This document shows, piece after piece, positions 25,793 through 40,136 of a stretch of DNA of 64,000 nucleotides; positions within the stretch are counted from its first letter, which is position 1, and each line of letters starts with the position of its first letter. Below the pieces are notes generated by a model. The model searched no databases. It was not told the origin of the DNA and saw only the letters and a program-made list of their open reading frames with translations. Made by a program: the position numbers and the translations under genes. This DNA comes from Tubulanus polymorphus (lineage: Eukaryota > Animalia > Nemertea): positions 6,728,485-6,792,484 of the forward strand of contig NC_134027.1 of NCBI RefSeq assembly GCF_964204645.1, written 5' to 3'.

Positions 25793-28700
25793 ATGCAAAC
25801 AATTCGATTGTTGAACTCGGCAAGGACTAGATTGACTCCTGTTTTTAAGTGGAGTAGACCGAGTATTGCCGCCAATAATAATCTTATTTTGCACAATACG
25901 AAAAGTACTGATGCTGCTACAGCCGTTAATGTAGACCGACACACTAACGAAAAGGCTGGAGAAATTTCTGAGAGTCAAATTGTTAAACCGCTTACCAATG
26001 AACCGTTCGTGAAAAATTTGTTCTTGGGAAATTATGATAAAGTAAGCAGGCACAAAAGTGAAAGCAAGCTGTGTGGGTCCATAGTCAAAGCCTTAGTCCA
26101 GCTTTGAATTTGGACCCACATAGTTTGATTGTGGACCCACAAGCCACCCACAAGCCTTAGTCTTAAGTTCTAGGTGATCTCATGGTTTCCCTTCTGGAAT
26201 AACTAGGCACTAGTAGACTGAAATTAATGTTACTCTCTAATTTATGTAATACAATTTTATTTTAGAATATGCTTGTTTATCCCGAGATAACTGACAATGA
26301 AGAACTAGAACAATTGAATGAGTTAGTGGCTCCACTTGAAAAACTTTTCAATGAAGAAGGTGTGCAAGAAATGATTATATTTGAACAAACACAATATGTA
26401 ATTTCCAAGAGTTGTTAGTCAGTTGTGGATCAGCATTATTAAGTGACATTCTACATATTCAAAATGTTGAGTTATATTTGATTTCAGTTGATTCAAAATT
26501 GATCGATGAAACGTCAACGATACCGGATTCCGTTTGGAAACGATTGAAAGAGTTTGGATTATTAGGAATTCAAATTCCACAAGCCTACGGTAATTTAAGT
26601 GTCAAATTTACTTAATCTTAAACCTTAGCAAGTCATCTATTTTAGATTGTCAATCCGATTAACGACTGTCTTGGGGTTGTGTGTTTATATTACAGGTGGA
26701 TTAGAATTGTCCGCTACGGAGTTTGCCCGGATATTTGAGATCATTGGTTGCGATGGAGCCATTGCCACTGCATTAGCTGCTCACCAGTCTATCGGATTGA
26801 AGGTATAAACCACACTAGAGAACTTACAGGTATAAAATGAAATATGGTCTAGAGTCTTGTGTTTTGATCATTGCAGGGAATCCTAATAGCTGGAACAGAT
26901 GAACAAAAAATGAAATATCTGCCAAAATTTGCATCCGGGGAACATGTGTGCGCATTTTGTTTAACAGAACCCGGAGCGTTAGTATCACATTGAATTGTTA
27001 CTATTGTATATAATGTGTATTTATACAATAAACTCAGGATCAACAGGCCACTTCAGAACATTTCAATTTTATCAATACTCTCATTGAAATTTCAGCGGTA
27101 GCGATGTAGCTTCATTGACAACACGAGCAACATTGTCTGAAGATGGAAGTACATATTACGTCAGTGGATCGAAGTGTTGGATCACTAATGGAGGCATTGC
27201 TGATGTTTACATAACATTTGCTAAAACTGAAATTACAGACAGTGAGGTAGGTCTCATACATGTGTATTTCATCTAGAAAACAGTTCAGTCTTTTGGGAAA
27301 AAGAATCAATGGAAATATTTTCATATAGTCAAAGGGCTGTTCGGAAAGGAAATGTTTACAGTAGTTGTCACTTGATATTATTCTGTTGCAGGGAAACAAA
27401 AAGGATAAAGTAACTGGCTTCATAATCGATCGTAACGCAGGTGGAATAACCACTGATAAACCTGAAAATAAGCTTGGTATTCGTGGATCAAACAGTAAGA
27501 TACTGAGAAAACTCTGGCTGCTTTCAGTTATGGTGTAGCAAGATGTTAGAACTGTCATTTTGTAGAGCCAATTTGATAACTGTGGCCATGCAGCTCGGCC
27601 CTTTTAGAATTACAAAAAATTTTTACCAAGCAAATTAAAAAACGTAGATAATTATCTTACAATTAAACGCTGTCAATCTTTATGTAGCTTGCCAGGTGCA
27701 TTTTGATAACACCCCTGTACCAGTGTCAAATGTGCTTGGAGAAGTCGGAAATGGTTTCAAGGTTTGTTCATCTGAAATTGATTAGTACTGATAATGTCTA
27801 TAAGAAGGATATTTGAGATAATTCATTTTTAATCACAGTTAGCTATGAACATTCTGAACAGTGGTCGGTTTTCCATGGGAGCTGGTGTTGCTGGAATAAT
27901 GAAAAAACTGATGAGTAAGTTAAGCTAATTTGCTACTCGGTGCTTCTTCATGTTACTTTCTTGTGGATTCCCGTAATAAGCACAAACTATATTTTGATAA
28001 AGATGATAATCTCTGTACAAGATGAAAAGTGTTTACATGTCTATGTTCGCTTGTATTTCTAGATATGATCAGTGATCAAGCGTTGAACAGAGTTGCATTT
28101 AACAAGAAATTGGCTGAATTTGAGTTGATTCAGGTATTGCTTTTTTACCCGCTGTTAAACTTTTTTTGACTCTCGTATTCATATTCACTTAATAGAGCAT
28201 TGTCTTGTGCTAAGACTGCAGATTTTTAGATATATGTAAATATTTTGTAACAGTTACTTGTATTTTACAGGATAAATTTGCCAAAATGGCTGTGTCGGCC
28301 TATGCTATTGAAAGTGCCACATATCTCACATCGCTAACTATAGATAGTTATGAGAAACCAGATTGTTCAGTCGAAGCAGCTATCGTGAAAGTAAGATCCA
28401 TGTCTTACCATTGGATAAGCCATTTATTCCTCTAGACAATAAGTATTTGAAAAGAGACTTAACCTAGAAAAATTGATTTATAGGTTTTCAGCTCTGAACA
28501 GGCATGGATACATGTCAGCGAAGCCTTACAGGTTATGGGTGGATCCGGATTTGTTAAAGACTACCCATATGAACGATTATTGAGAGACTGTCGAATACTT
28601 TTGATTTATGAGGGAACAAATGAAATTCTACGAATGTTCATTGCCTTAAATGGAGTACAATTTGCTGGAAAACAACTGCAAGACCTTGTACGGTATGAGT

Positions 28701-29680
28701 TGTATTTCAATTTATTATGCGAGTCGTATTCTTTCTTCAATCATTGGATTTAAGTGATCAATGCGAAATTTCTTTCAGGAAAATGAGAGATCCATTAAAC
28801 AACATGGGCACATTGGTCAAACAGTTGATAAACCGAGTGAAAGTCAATCGTACAAAACCAGCAATGATTTTAGGACTCAAAGACCAGCTGCATCCCAATT
28901 TCCATGTAACTAAGATTCCGAAATCGAATACATTATTTACAATTTTTATGAAATTAGAATTCAAACCACATTTTTGGTTAAGGAGACAATAATATTTCAG
29001 TTTACATGCGAGCAACCAATGCTAGATAAATTATCATTTTCATTACAGAATGCTGCCAATGAATTGGAATCACGCGTTTTAAAATTTAAGATTTCAGTTG
29101 AAAATATACTACAGAAACATGGAAATGTGAGTAGATTTAAGATTTTGTCGTGCATGTTACCATCATTCGAAATTTCTAATGTTCAAAATGATTTTGTTTT
29201 GAAGAAAATCATCGATAAGCAAATGGAACTCAAACGGTTGGCCGATATTGCCATAGATATTTATGTGATGACTGCTGTGATTGGGCGAGCTTCACGGTCA
29301 ATTTGCATTGGATTACGAAATCATGATTACGAAGTAATGAATAATTACTTGTACATATTTATATCAATAGAAATGGATTGTTATCGAACCAATTTTCACC
29401 CCTTACATTTATTTATTTGCAGAAAAATCTGGCTAATGCTTTCTGCTTTGAAGCGTGTAAGAGAATTGATAGAAATTTGGAAGAACTTCAGCTCGGTAGG
29501 TACAAATAATGATATGCCTATATATTGCTAGTGCTTTAGTGGTACGAGAAAGTCATCAGTACATCTACTTGTTCTATTTTAGGGTTCAACAACATAGATG
29601 ATGTGTATAAGGAAATAGCTGATGGTGTTTTCAAGGCAGAAGGTTACCCAGCTGAGCATCCCTTAACAAGGAATTGGTGA
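25793..29680 (+). CDS. ACAD9: Acyl-CoA dehydrogenase family member 9, mitochondrial (complex I assembly factor)
   Basis: Arg-rich presequence ([14 protein letters not shown]..). Motifs [76 protein letters not shown] and [29 protein letters not shown] (ACAD9-type rather than VLCAD-type). Ends HPLTRNW-TGA at 29678-29680. Confidence 0.93.
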
Positions 29681-32600
29681 TGCAATGATTACTGAAAGAA
29701 CTACACTGAATGAAAAAATGCAATTATTGTCAGCTACTCTAAATCTCTTATATATAGTAGTAGGAGGGTCATACAAAAGCGTGGATCAAATGATTAGTAC
29801 AAGATTGATTTATTTGTTTCTTTCTCAATGACCGTCATACATGTATTCTTCTATTTATTATCATCATGTGTATATACATGCATATTTATGTGTGTTGTTT
29901 TTTGTCCAAGCTGTTGGGCTCTACATTGTACAAACAAAATAAAATCATATATTTAGTCGGATCACTAACTTCGTTGTTTGATATCGGTAGATGCATTTCT
30001 GTTTCATAAGAAATTGATGTGGATTTCTTTTCTGTTGTTGCTTTAAGACAATGAACACTATGACATTATAAGGGCAACGGAACTGAATGTTAGATTGCTG
30101 TCTGTAAGGAGCTGTTTCAATTATTATTTACAAGGAAGGGATGAGGAAAACTACATATAGATACTTAAATGTACCTATTCTCCATCAATAGAAATTGAAG
30201 TATCGTTGTTGACCACCACAAAGTACAAGAACTTATATGTCACAGACGTAAGCCCTTTAGTCCCAAATTATTTTATTTCACCAACCTTAGATTACATCAA
30301 CAATCATCTGCTACCGCAGGACATGTGGAACATTCAGCATTTTACAATAACTTATTGTGTTAACTGTTAGTAAAAACATAAATTATGACAAGGTTTTCTA
30401 GAGAACAATGAAATTTTTATTTTGAAGACACACATGAATTGGAAAATGTATATACATGTACAGCCCTCAGAAACGAATACATGAGATTAAGCACACGTTT
30501 CACTGATAAATGGGAATGAAAAAAAAACAGGTGTTCATAACCCCCTGCACAGATGTTACAATCTGTCCCACCAATGAATCAATTCTTCATAAACTATGAA
30601 GACAGGTAGATATCATATGCAGCCACAGAAAATACTAACCCTATATATTTCAAATACTTGCCTCAAAATTGCAGAATCCATTGATTTGCTGAATTGTCTG
30701 GACCAGATCTGTTATAAGTCATCAAAGTTTCACTTTCTTCTCAGAAGTATCCTTTAGTTTTCAGTGGACTTCTACGAGGTCAAGCATGCTTTATTGGCAT
30801 CGTATTGTCCGTGAAGCGCAAGCAGCTAGTCATAATATGTGTGACTATCCATCTCCCGATACCAGAATAAGAATTCCATGAATAACAAAAACATTGGATA
30901 TTTTTTAACTTTTGATATTTTTATTTCAAGTATGAAAATTATCAGCACCTTTATTGGTACACCACAATAATCCTTGGCAAAACAAATTGCCCTCGCGACT
31001 ACATTTCAATCTTCTTACTAACCAATTTGATATGCGTCAAGAACTATTTGGTAATGTAAATTGCCGCGAACGCAGCATTCGTGGCATTTTTGCAAAGGTG
31101 AGCTCACTTCCAGTGGCCAAGACAGCCTTTCCTTTCCCTTAAAATATAAGCTGCCCCTAATGAATCTCATTTTAGATTATTATAAATTTTTTATACATTT
31201 ATTAGGCATCTTGACCACTGGGCTCCAAGATCTCTACTATACTCTTCTCTATCTCGCTCCATTAGTTGTTAAAACATCACATAAATGCAATTTCTGTAGA
31301 ATTAATTGACATGTTCGGGTAGTTCCCAAATAGCAGAGTATGCCACAAACTTCTTCTGCAGTTGATTCAAATACTGAGAACAAGTCAACGATTTCCACAT
31401 AATTAAGCACTTTCCCAGGAGACAAAAATGATCCTGGTCAGAAGAAATAACCCACCAACTACACAACGATTCTTCACTGATAAATTTCCCACCATCAATC
31501 ATTCCACCGATAAATTTTCACGACTGGCATGCAGCAACTCTGATGAATATTATACAATATATATCGCGTATTACAATTTCAACGCCAGCACTTGACCGCA
31601 TAGCCCGATTCCCACCACTAAGTGAAACACGTTGCTGCATCCCAGCCAAGAAAGCGATTGTTATACATGATTTTACAATGTGAAGAAAAATGCATTATTT
31701 AGCGTCCCCTTCTCTCCAAATCGTAATTAAAGACAGCTGCCACAAGATTAAAAATGTCCACACCAACATTCGAGGAATAGCGTTCATTCCCTTGAACAAA
31801 AAATATTTCCATAGTTTTTGTTTGACAGCAAGGGATAATTCCCCAATCGCACAATCCAACGCAGAATAACTGACTCTTATCGATAATTATTGTTAACTAA
31901 TGGTAAACTGATTTCTGATAAGGGATTGATTTTACCAAGTGCATAGATTTGCTGAAATAAAAACTTCACAGCAGTCGAAATAAATCATATCGCGCTATCA
32001 TCGAGTTGTTTACAAAACACAAAAGCAACCTGTACATGCCCTACCAGTGTTTTACGTCTCTTGTAAGCAACTCGATATATAACAATGTATTGCTCTATTC
32101 GAAAAATATGCCAAATGAAACTACTGTTACTGGCCTATTTCCATTTTCATGTTCAACTAATTAAGTTACAGAATTGTTGAATATCAAGGCAGGTATTAAG
32201 CTCTCTTAACCCGTTATTAGCACTCAAACCGCCCTGCCAATTACTCCTCAAGCCGCCCAAATCCGCTGGGCACTTCTTTCGTATGCTGCACAAAAACGGT
32301 TATAGTGGGATTCGAACCCAATAACTTACGATAAACTACACACCTAAGTCCTCGAAATACCAACCAGAAATCAACATCCTCCTATTTCAATTTCTCAAGT
32401 ATTTCATCATTTAGGATGTCCAACAGTAATAATCCGATAAACTTGTCTTGTTTACCAACAATTTAATCTAAAAAAATGTATTTTTTCTTTTGTTTTTTGT
32501 TTTACTTTTAAAATCTTCCCCATCATAAATCTTAACAGTTAAAAACATAATACATGAGATAAGAATACAAAATTTTACTAGGTTCCTATTTCACTAAGGG

Positions 32601-34568
32601 AAGTTCACTGGTCTAGTAATTGTCATCTATACTTTCCACCCAAAAATTTCTGACAAAATGTAGCTTATAACTTACATACCGGGTAGATCGTGTGATACAT
32701 TGCAGAATTTCCTTTTGTTTCTTCTACAATTTTATGCAATTTATCAATATATCCGTATTGACTACTAAGTGGCGAAAAAGGTAACTGGTGAATGAATTGA
32801 AACAATATTTTTCTATAAAAAATAGACTTCACATTTCTAGATAATTTGTGTACGAGTTGTTTGACTATGTGCCGTCTTACTCTAAACATTCATTGAATAT
32901 AAGCAAGCAATCAACAGGAATATACTGGTGTATCAGGAGTAAATAACACAAGCGTCAGATTCAAGATATATTGGGTTTATAATATTATTCTAGACTGCTC
33001 TCAAATACACTACTATCCAAAATTATTCTATTATTCGTTTGAAGACAATTTCAGCCCCATGTGAGATAACGTGGTAAGTGCATTGTTTAGATAATGAAAA
33101 GATTATAACCAGTGTAAAATCTTCATCAAACAAAAGTAATAAATACAAGGCGAGCGGGAGATCTAAGTATTATTAGATATTTCTTCAGATGATATAAGCC
33201 TAATAGAAATTTTGCTACATTTAAAAGGGATAATAGAGACCCCACCAAGTAAATGGAAGCAAACATTGTTATACATTAACGATTAATTCGCGAGTTTATC
33301 TAGGTTTGTGCTACTTCTTAAAATGCATAGGAAATATAAACTTTAAAACAGCTACTTTTTCTATAAACATCGAATAACTTCCCAAATATCTTGAGATGTT
33401 GAATCGCTCTGTATGTCTAAGGTATCATGAGGCCACACTAAAGAACAAAATGGGTTGATTAGAAGAAAACATTTCAGTAATTTAATCAGAGAAGATTGAT
33501 TACAATAGTAACTGTAACTATGCCAATTCTTTCCTACGGCAAAGGCAATCCCAAATACATGCCGCGTCCTTTTTCAAACATCCTACCAACAATCAACTAG
33601 CTGCATAAATTATGAAACAAAGAAAAAATTTATAACACCTCTTTTTACAATTCGCCGACAAAGCATACTCAGTCAGGGTTCATAGCTCGAGGACTTTACT
33701 CCTAAAAAAACATCAACGTAATACATCCAAGATGCAACAGTAACATATTCATTTGCATGCTCACAACTAAATACAAATTCAAAAGCTACCAGAAACCTGC
33801 TATGAACCCTAATGATTGAATAACACATCATATCATATACCATATCATGGTAAAAAGTGCCCTAAATAGTTATCATCTAACACAAATCCATTTTTAACAT
33901 CATGGCATATGATTAATACATATATGTACACACAGCATATTATAATTATTATCATAATTATTATTACCTATTCAGATCTTTTGATTCAATGAATGGATGA
34001 CGTAACGTATTCCACAAAAAATATGTGTCAGCATCATCAAAAGAATTGGGATGATCATTTAACAACCAACAGCATCATTGTTAACTCACATGTACAGGAC
34101 TTGTGCATGAATGAACAGATCATTTTGACATATAAACTTATTCTATCGGATGCAAAAATTTCACTCTTGACAAATGGTCAAACTCCGGAACTAGGTTCAT
34201 GTCTGGATAGGGGATGTCTTCTTAATCTTTATTAACTTACAAGTTAATTAAAAACGTTAACAATCAAAAATATATACTTTTCCCCATATCTAAACCGTAT
34301 CTGTACACACTTAGTGAGGTTTGCGATTAAGTCACATGGTCAGGGAACCCTATATCAATTGTTTTTTTAAAACTTTATCAATCACGGATCAAAGCGGCAC
34401 AAAAAGGACAAACACCAGCCCTCACAATACCTTCAAAATACACGAGAAAGCATTTTTTTTCTATGTACAAACGAACACCTAAACTACCAGTTCTCAGCTG
34501 GTCAAATACTAGATATGGATCGGATAAATTAAATTGTGTTCACCCTCTCCTCTGTACTTGTCGACGGT

Positions 34569-36298
34569 TTAATCTTCGTCTTCAGCTGGTTCCTCGGTGC
34601 AGTCTTTGGCACGATGACCCTTCTTCTTGCAGTTGTAACACATGATGTTGTTGTTTTGATATGCATTACTACTCGTACAATCACGAGCCAGATGGCCCTT
34701 TTCATCACATCTGAAATGTAGATTACGAAATTGCTTCATGTTTTTCTCACTCGTTTATGTAGCTTTATGATAATTTCATCGACTCTATGACAAATAAGCC
34801 TATTCCCAAAATAACTCGAAGCCATTAATTGAGGGTGTGGTAAATGCATTGACGGATATTAAGAAATTGCTTGATGTTAGTTGAGGAATATGTCTACTCC
34901 TTATTTCTAAATTGAACACAATGGCCCACTGGGACTCCAAATCCCAAGTGGGCTAAAATGGAGTAAGTGACCTAAGGCTACTATTGACGTAGCTAGTTGC
35001 CAAACACTTAAATTTAATTTCAAAATCGATGATTATATAACTGAATTCGGAATGTCATGGTGTTGCGTTTTCTTAATAACTGACTGAAATAAAATCTATT
35101 TATAACTGAATAAAATATCTTATTACCTGTAACAGGTTATAGTAGCATCTGAGCTTCTACAGGATTGAGCAATGTGACCGGTTTGCCCACATCTGTAACA
35201 AACACGACCATCGGTTTCCTTCTCAGTGCACTGGCGAGCTAAGTGTCCAGTTTTGTCACACTTGTAGCAAGCCTTGCGTGGTGGATCAGGGCATTCTCTC
35301 ATCACATGACCTGACTTCGAACAGTTATAACACGCACCTGGAAATGAGATTGAAACCACACACTATAAAAGCTGTCTCGACTGGATCAATTCCAGCCATT
35401 TACTCAAATTGAAGGCATCTCCTAATGTTTGCGAGGTGGAGAATTAAAACAATCAAGAATCAACTAGTTCCGTTATTTTTTCATAGCCATCGTCGGAAGT
35501 TTACTTGAAGCCCTTTACTACTGGAACATTCTGAGATTTTTAAATGCACGATTTCAATGGTGACGTTCAATTAATTGAAATTCTCTCAATAAAACCTGCA
35601 ATATTTTATAGATTTAGATTAGATTACCTAACAGTAATCAAATTGCAAATCTATACTACAGGCAACGCATAATGCGCATCGAGCCATTTGATGGGAGACT
35701 GGCTGCTGGTTCATTTATTCAACACACCAGTTCTTCACAGTACTAAAACACTAGTTTTGATATTTCCACATACCAGAATCAACAGTTGCGGCGCATTCTT
35801 TGGCAAAGTGACCTGTGTCACCACATTTATAACAGCGAGGCTCCGATGATTCTTTGCATTCCTTAGCTATGTGACCAGCCTTGCCACATCTGAAGCATTT
35901 ATCTGAAAATGATATGTCAGTTCTTAAGACTTGAAGCAAGCATTTGTACCGAAAACCTTCTTGAAGACAATCGGATTTGGGGAAACCAAATTTTCATTCC
36001 GAAAACACCACATACCATTGCCATTTTATTATGGCTGTCAGAAGCATTTCATGGGTGATTGGGAAATAAGGGAATGATTCTTTCAGAAATACCGACCAAC
36101 AATTAGGGTTAATGAAAATTATAAGTTTGCAGGAGGAATTCCCAGAGATGAAAAACATCTAAAATTACCTCCACCACCACGGAATCGACCACCACGCGAG
36201 TTACTACCTCTCGAGCGACAGTTGGCGACGTTATGTCCCGGTCTTCCACAACCGTAACACCGGCTTGTACTACGAACTTCACGAGTCTCACTCATCAT
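34569..36298 (-). CDS. CNBP: CNBP-like CCHC zinc-knuckle nucleic-acid-binding protein (203 aa, 8 knuckles, RGG box)
   Basis: Exons 36169-36298, 35774-35902, 35127-35337 and 34569-34710 splice in frame. Eight CX2CX4HX4C knuckles, with SRGGRFRGGG after the first. Confidence 0.85.
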
Positions 36299-38643
36299 CG
36301 ACAACTACTACACCTTCAACACTACTAACTTCCCTACAATAACAAAACATTTCATCAAAATAACAAAATTACTCCGCAACGCAGCATATATCCATAGATA
36401 AATGGCTACCATTTTTCTTATAAGTTATTCCTGTAATATTCGGTGTCGCGCAATACTGTGGACATTTCAATTTAAGTGCAGTAGTTTCTAGGTAAGTGCT
36501 AGGTTTTCTTTCTGCTAAGGCGCTCTAAATTAACAAACTGAATGTGCTTTTAAGAGTATCAACATAATACAATTCAAAAACAGATTGATATATTGTTCGA
36601 TTGAGATCGGTATTTTTCGTTTGCTAATTTTTTTGTAAATATATCAGGAGGAAAAATCACTCAGAAAATCTATGTGCAAAGGACTGATTTCTATATTTTT
36701 GACTGCATTAGCAAAACCTTTGAGACACGTTTAGTGGTCAAACTTGTTGTGTCATTTGATAAGCAAAAATATCCGACAAATAATAATTATCAAGGGGGAT
36801 AGGCTAGCTAAACAATAGGGTATCAGTCATCTAGAGATTATCAATCAATCAAGAGAATATTCCTAGTTTAAACAACAGTTTCCTGCCGAGAATGGGCAGA
36901 AAACCCCCATAAATAATATGAGCATTACAACAGATTTAAATTTTGATGTAGGAATCAAGCAAACAAATATATAGAAATGGAGAAGGGATCCGGGCTCGAT
37001 CGATCCATCCATGCATATGCGCGTCATTAATTTATTATTGATCAGTGTTAGCTCGGCAGCGAGGATGTCAGCAGAGGGAAATAAATCCAATTCAAGCGCC
37101 CTTGAATGGAAACAATGCGGAATGAAATCGCCGTCAAAATAATCGCAAATTACCATTTAGAACATGTATCTATTTTACAGCAACAACAAATTATCTACAT
37201 ACCCTATCTCTTCTCAAACTAAACTCCTGACTTCTCCCACCTCCTCTTCTCACCAACAAGATGGTTGCTTTGGCTTCACCACGTGGTTTTGCACACGGTT
37301 TTCGCAATATGAGGTAACGCTACAATACGGCGGTAATCGAATCAAGACTACAAGTCACCGCTAGATATCGCCATCGGACCGCATGGGGGTGACAGGACGG
37401 ACCCCGAAGATAGTGGGCCCTGTTTCAATCAAAAGATCTCATTTCAATCGATCAATGTCTAATTCAAATTTTTGGATTCACTTCCGTTCAGATGTCAAAT
37501 TCCACCAGCTATCCCGCCAGCCGGATGCCGACGGTCATGAACCCGGGTGTCCAGTAGCGCCAACGCGGCGATCGGAAACGCCGCGTGGGTGCCATCGGGC
37601 CATGAAAAGGTCGTCCAGCACTCTTGAATCCGTCTCTGCACAAGAAATAGCCCAGTCATGGTTTAACTTCTCTTTCCCGGGGCCTTTCTTTTCATTCAAA
37701 TTAAATCCTGAGTAACATAGAATAGTGTACTTGTTAGAAACTGTCTGTGTTTATTTTTCTTTTAATTGTTTTTTGTGTTCCTTGTTAGTTTCTTTGCCTG
37801 TTTCGGGCTCCAAAAGTGCCGTATACCGTTCTCCGCTAATTTGGACCCTTCAAAATTGCAAAATGGCCTGGTAATCATTTCAATGATTAGGCCTACTCCT
37901 CACCACTTGCACTGAGCTAAATTCTTCGTCTCCCTCAAAGTTATTTTTGGAGGTTTGATCAAATCGATTTACCATAAATTGATCACTGATCAAAACGCGC
38001 GGTCGGATTCAGCTATCTGCCATCGATTTATTTAAATCATCCGATCTACTCAATTTGATTCGCATCCAAATCTCTTGTGCAGCGATTTTGGTACGGTTGA
38101 TTTATCCAAAGCGATTTGCTTAGATTATAAATGCCTCTTATCTCTTGATAGATAAATCCTTTGTAGGGGTTAGTGCACCATCTCTAGGAAATTTCAAGAA
38201 ATTCCGGTGTCGTTGTCCGAATATTTTGCCACCCGGTAGTTGTCACCTCGCGTGCCATTTGCGGAATCCTTGATTGCCACAGTCGACTGCGCTGAGTCCT
38301 CGGGTTTTTTTATCTATAACCCGGAAATACTCGTTCAACATATTCAAAACCACAAACAAACATTGTAGGGTCGAATCCCATCACAATTTACGTAATTAAA
38401 CCAGCGTATTTACGTATGTGATTGTGTATAATTGTATTATAAACTAAGATAATGATTGCAATATGTGGATACATATCGTTTTACATTCACTCTTTTACAT
38501 TCCTACCAGCAACATCAATATAATGATCAATATTTTCTGAGGTGTGTAAATATACAAACCCCAGCCGGATATATTCTAACCGTTACCCGATTAACTCCAT
38601 TGGGCATCTGTCATCGCGCTGAATAAACCAAAACAACGTGAAA

Positions 38644-39700
<1,057 letters not shown>

Positions 39701-40030
39701 GCAATTCAAAATAACATTTTCTGTCTCTTGTTTATTAGTTTTCTGTATTTTTGGCATCCACCGGTCAAAGTAAAAGGTTGATTGACGATTTCATGTCTAA
39801 AAGTCAACTGATTCGTTTAAAAGTTGTATGATCATCGATTTCTATGGACACCTTTTCTCGACGTGATATTATGATATGAGCACATTCAATGAAATATATA
39901 CCACATTCAATGAAATAAACAATTTTGTGTATATTGTACTATATCAAAAATTCATATATACATACCATGATTTTTAAAAGCCGACTTGAAAACCATTAAA
40001 GGAATCCTTAAAGAATACCCTGTATGCAGA

Positions 40031-40136
40031 ACCCGGTTCCACAGTTGTGAGTTAGAGTTAACTCTGAGTTAGAATTAGTTAATTTTCAATGTTTTAACTT
40101 GGAGTCAAATCTTAACTCGGAACTGTGGAACTGGGT
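40031..40136. repeat. Inverted-repeat (MITE-like) element in the GABARAPL2 3' region
   Basis: acccggttccacagtt..gagtta pairs with taactc..aactgtggaactgggt; internal gagtta/taactc units. Confidence 0.55.

Noticed and set aside
32300-32350. Minus-strand GGTTCGAATCCC B-box
   Set aside because: No acceptor, D or anticodon arms at the right spacing; at most a SINE remnant, not a tRNA gene.
37467-37476. AATTTTTGGA Sm-site-like sequence
   Set aside because: The surrounding sequence does not resemble U1/U2/U4/U5 or an SL RNA, and the motif is expected by chance in AT-rich DNA.
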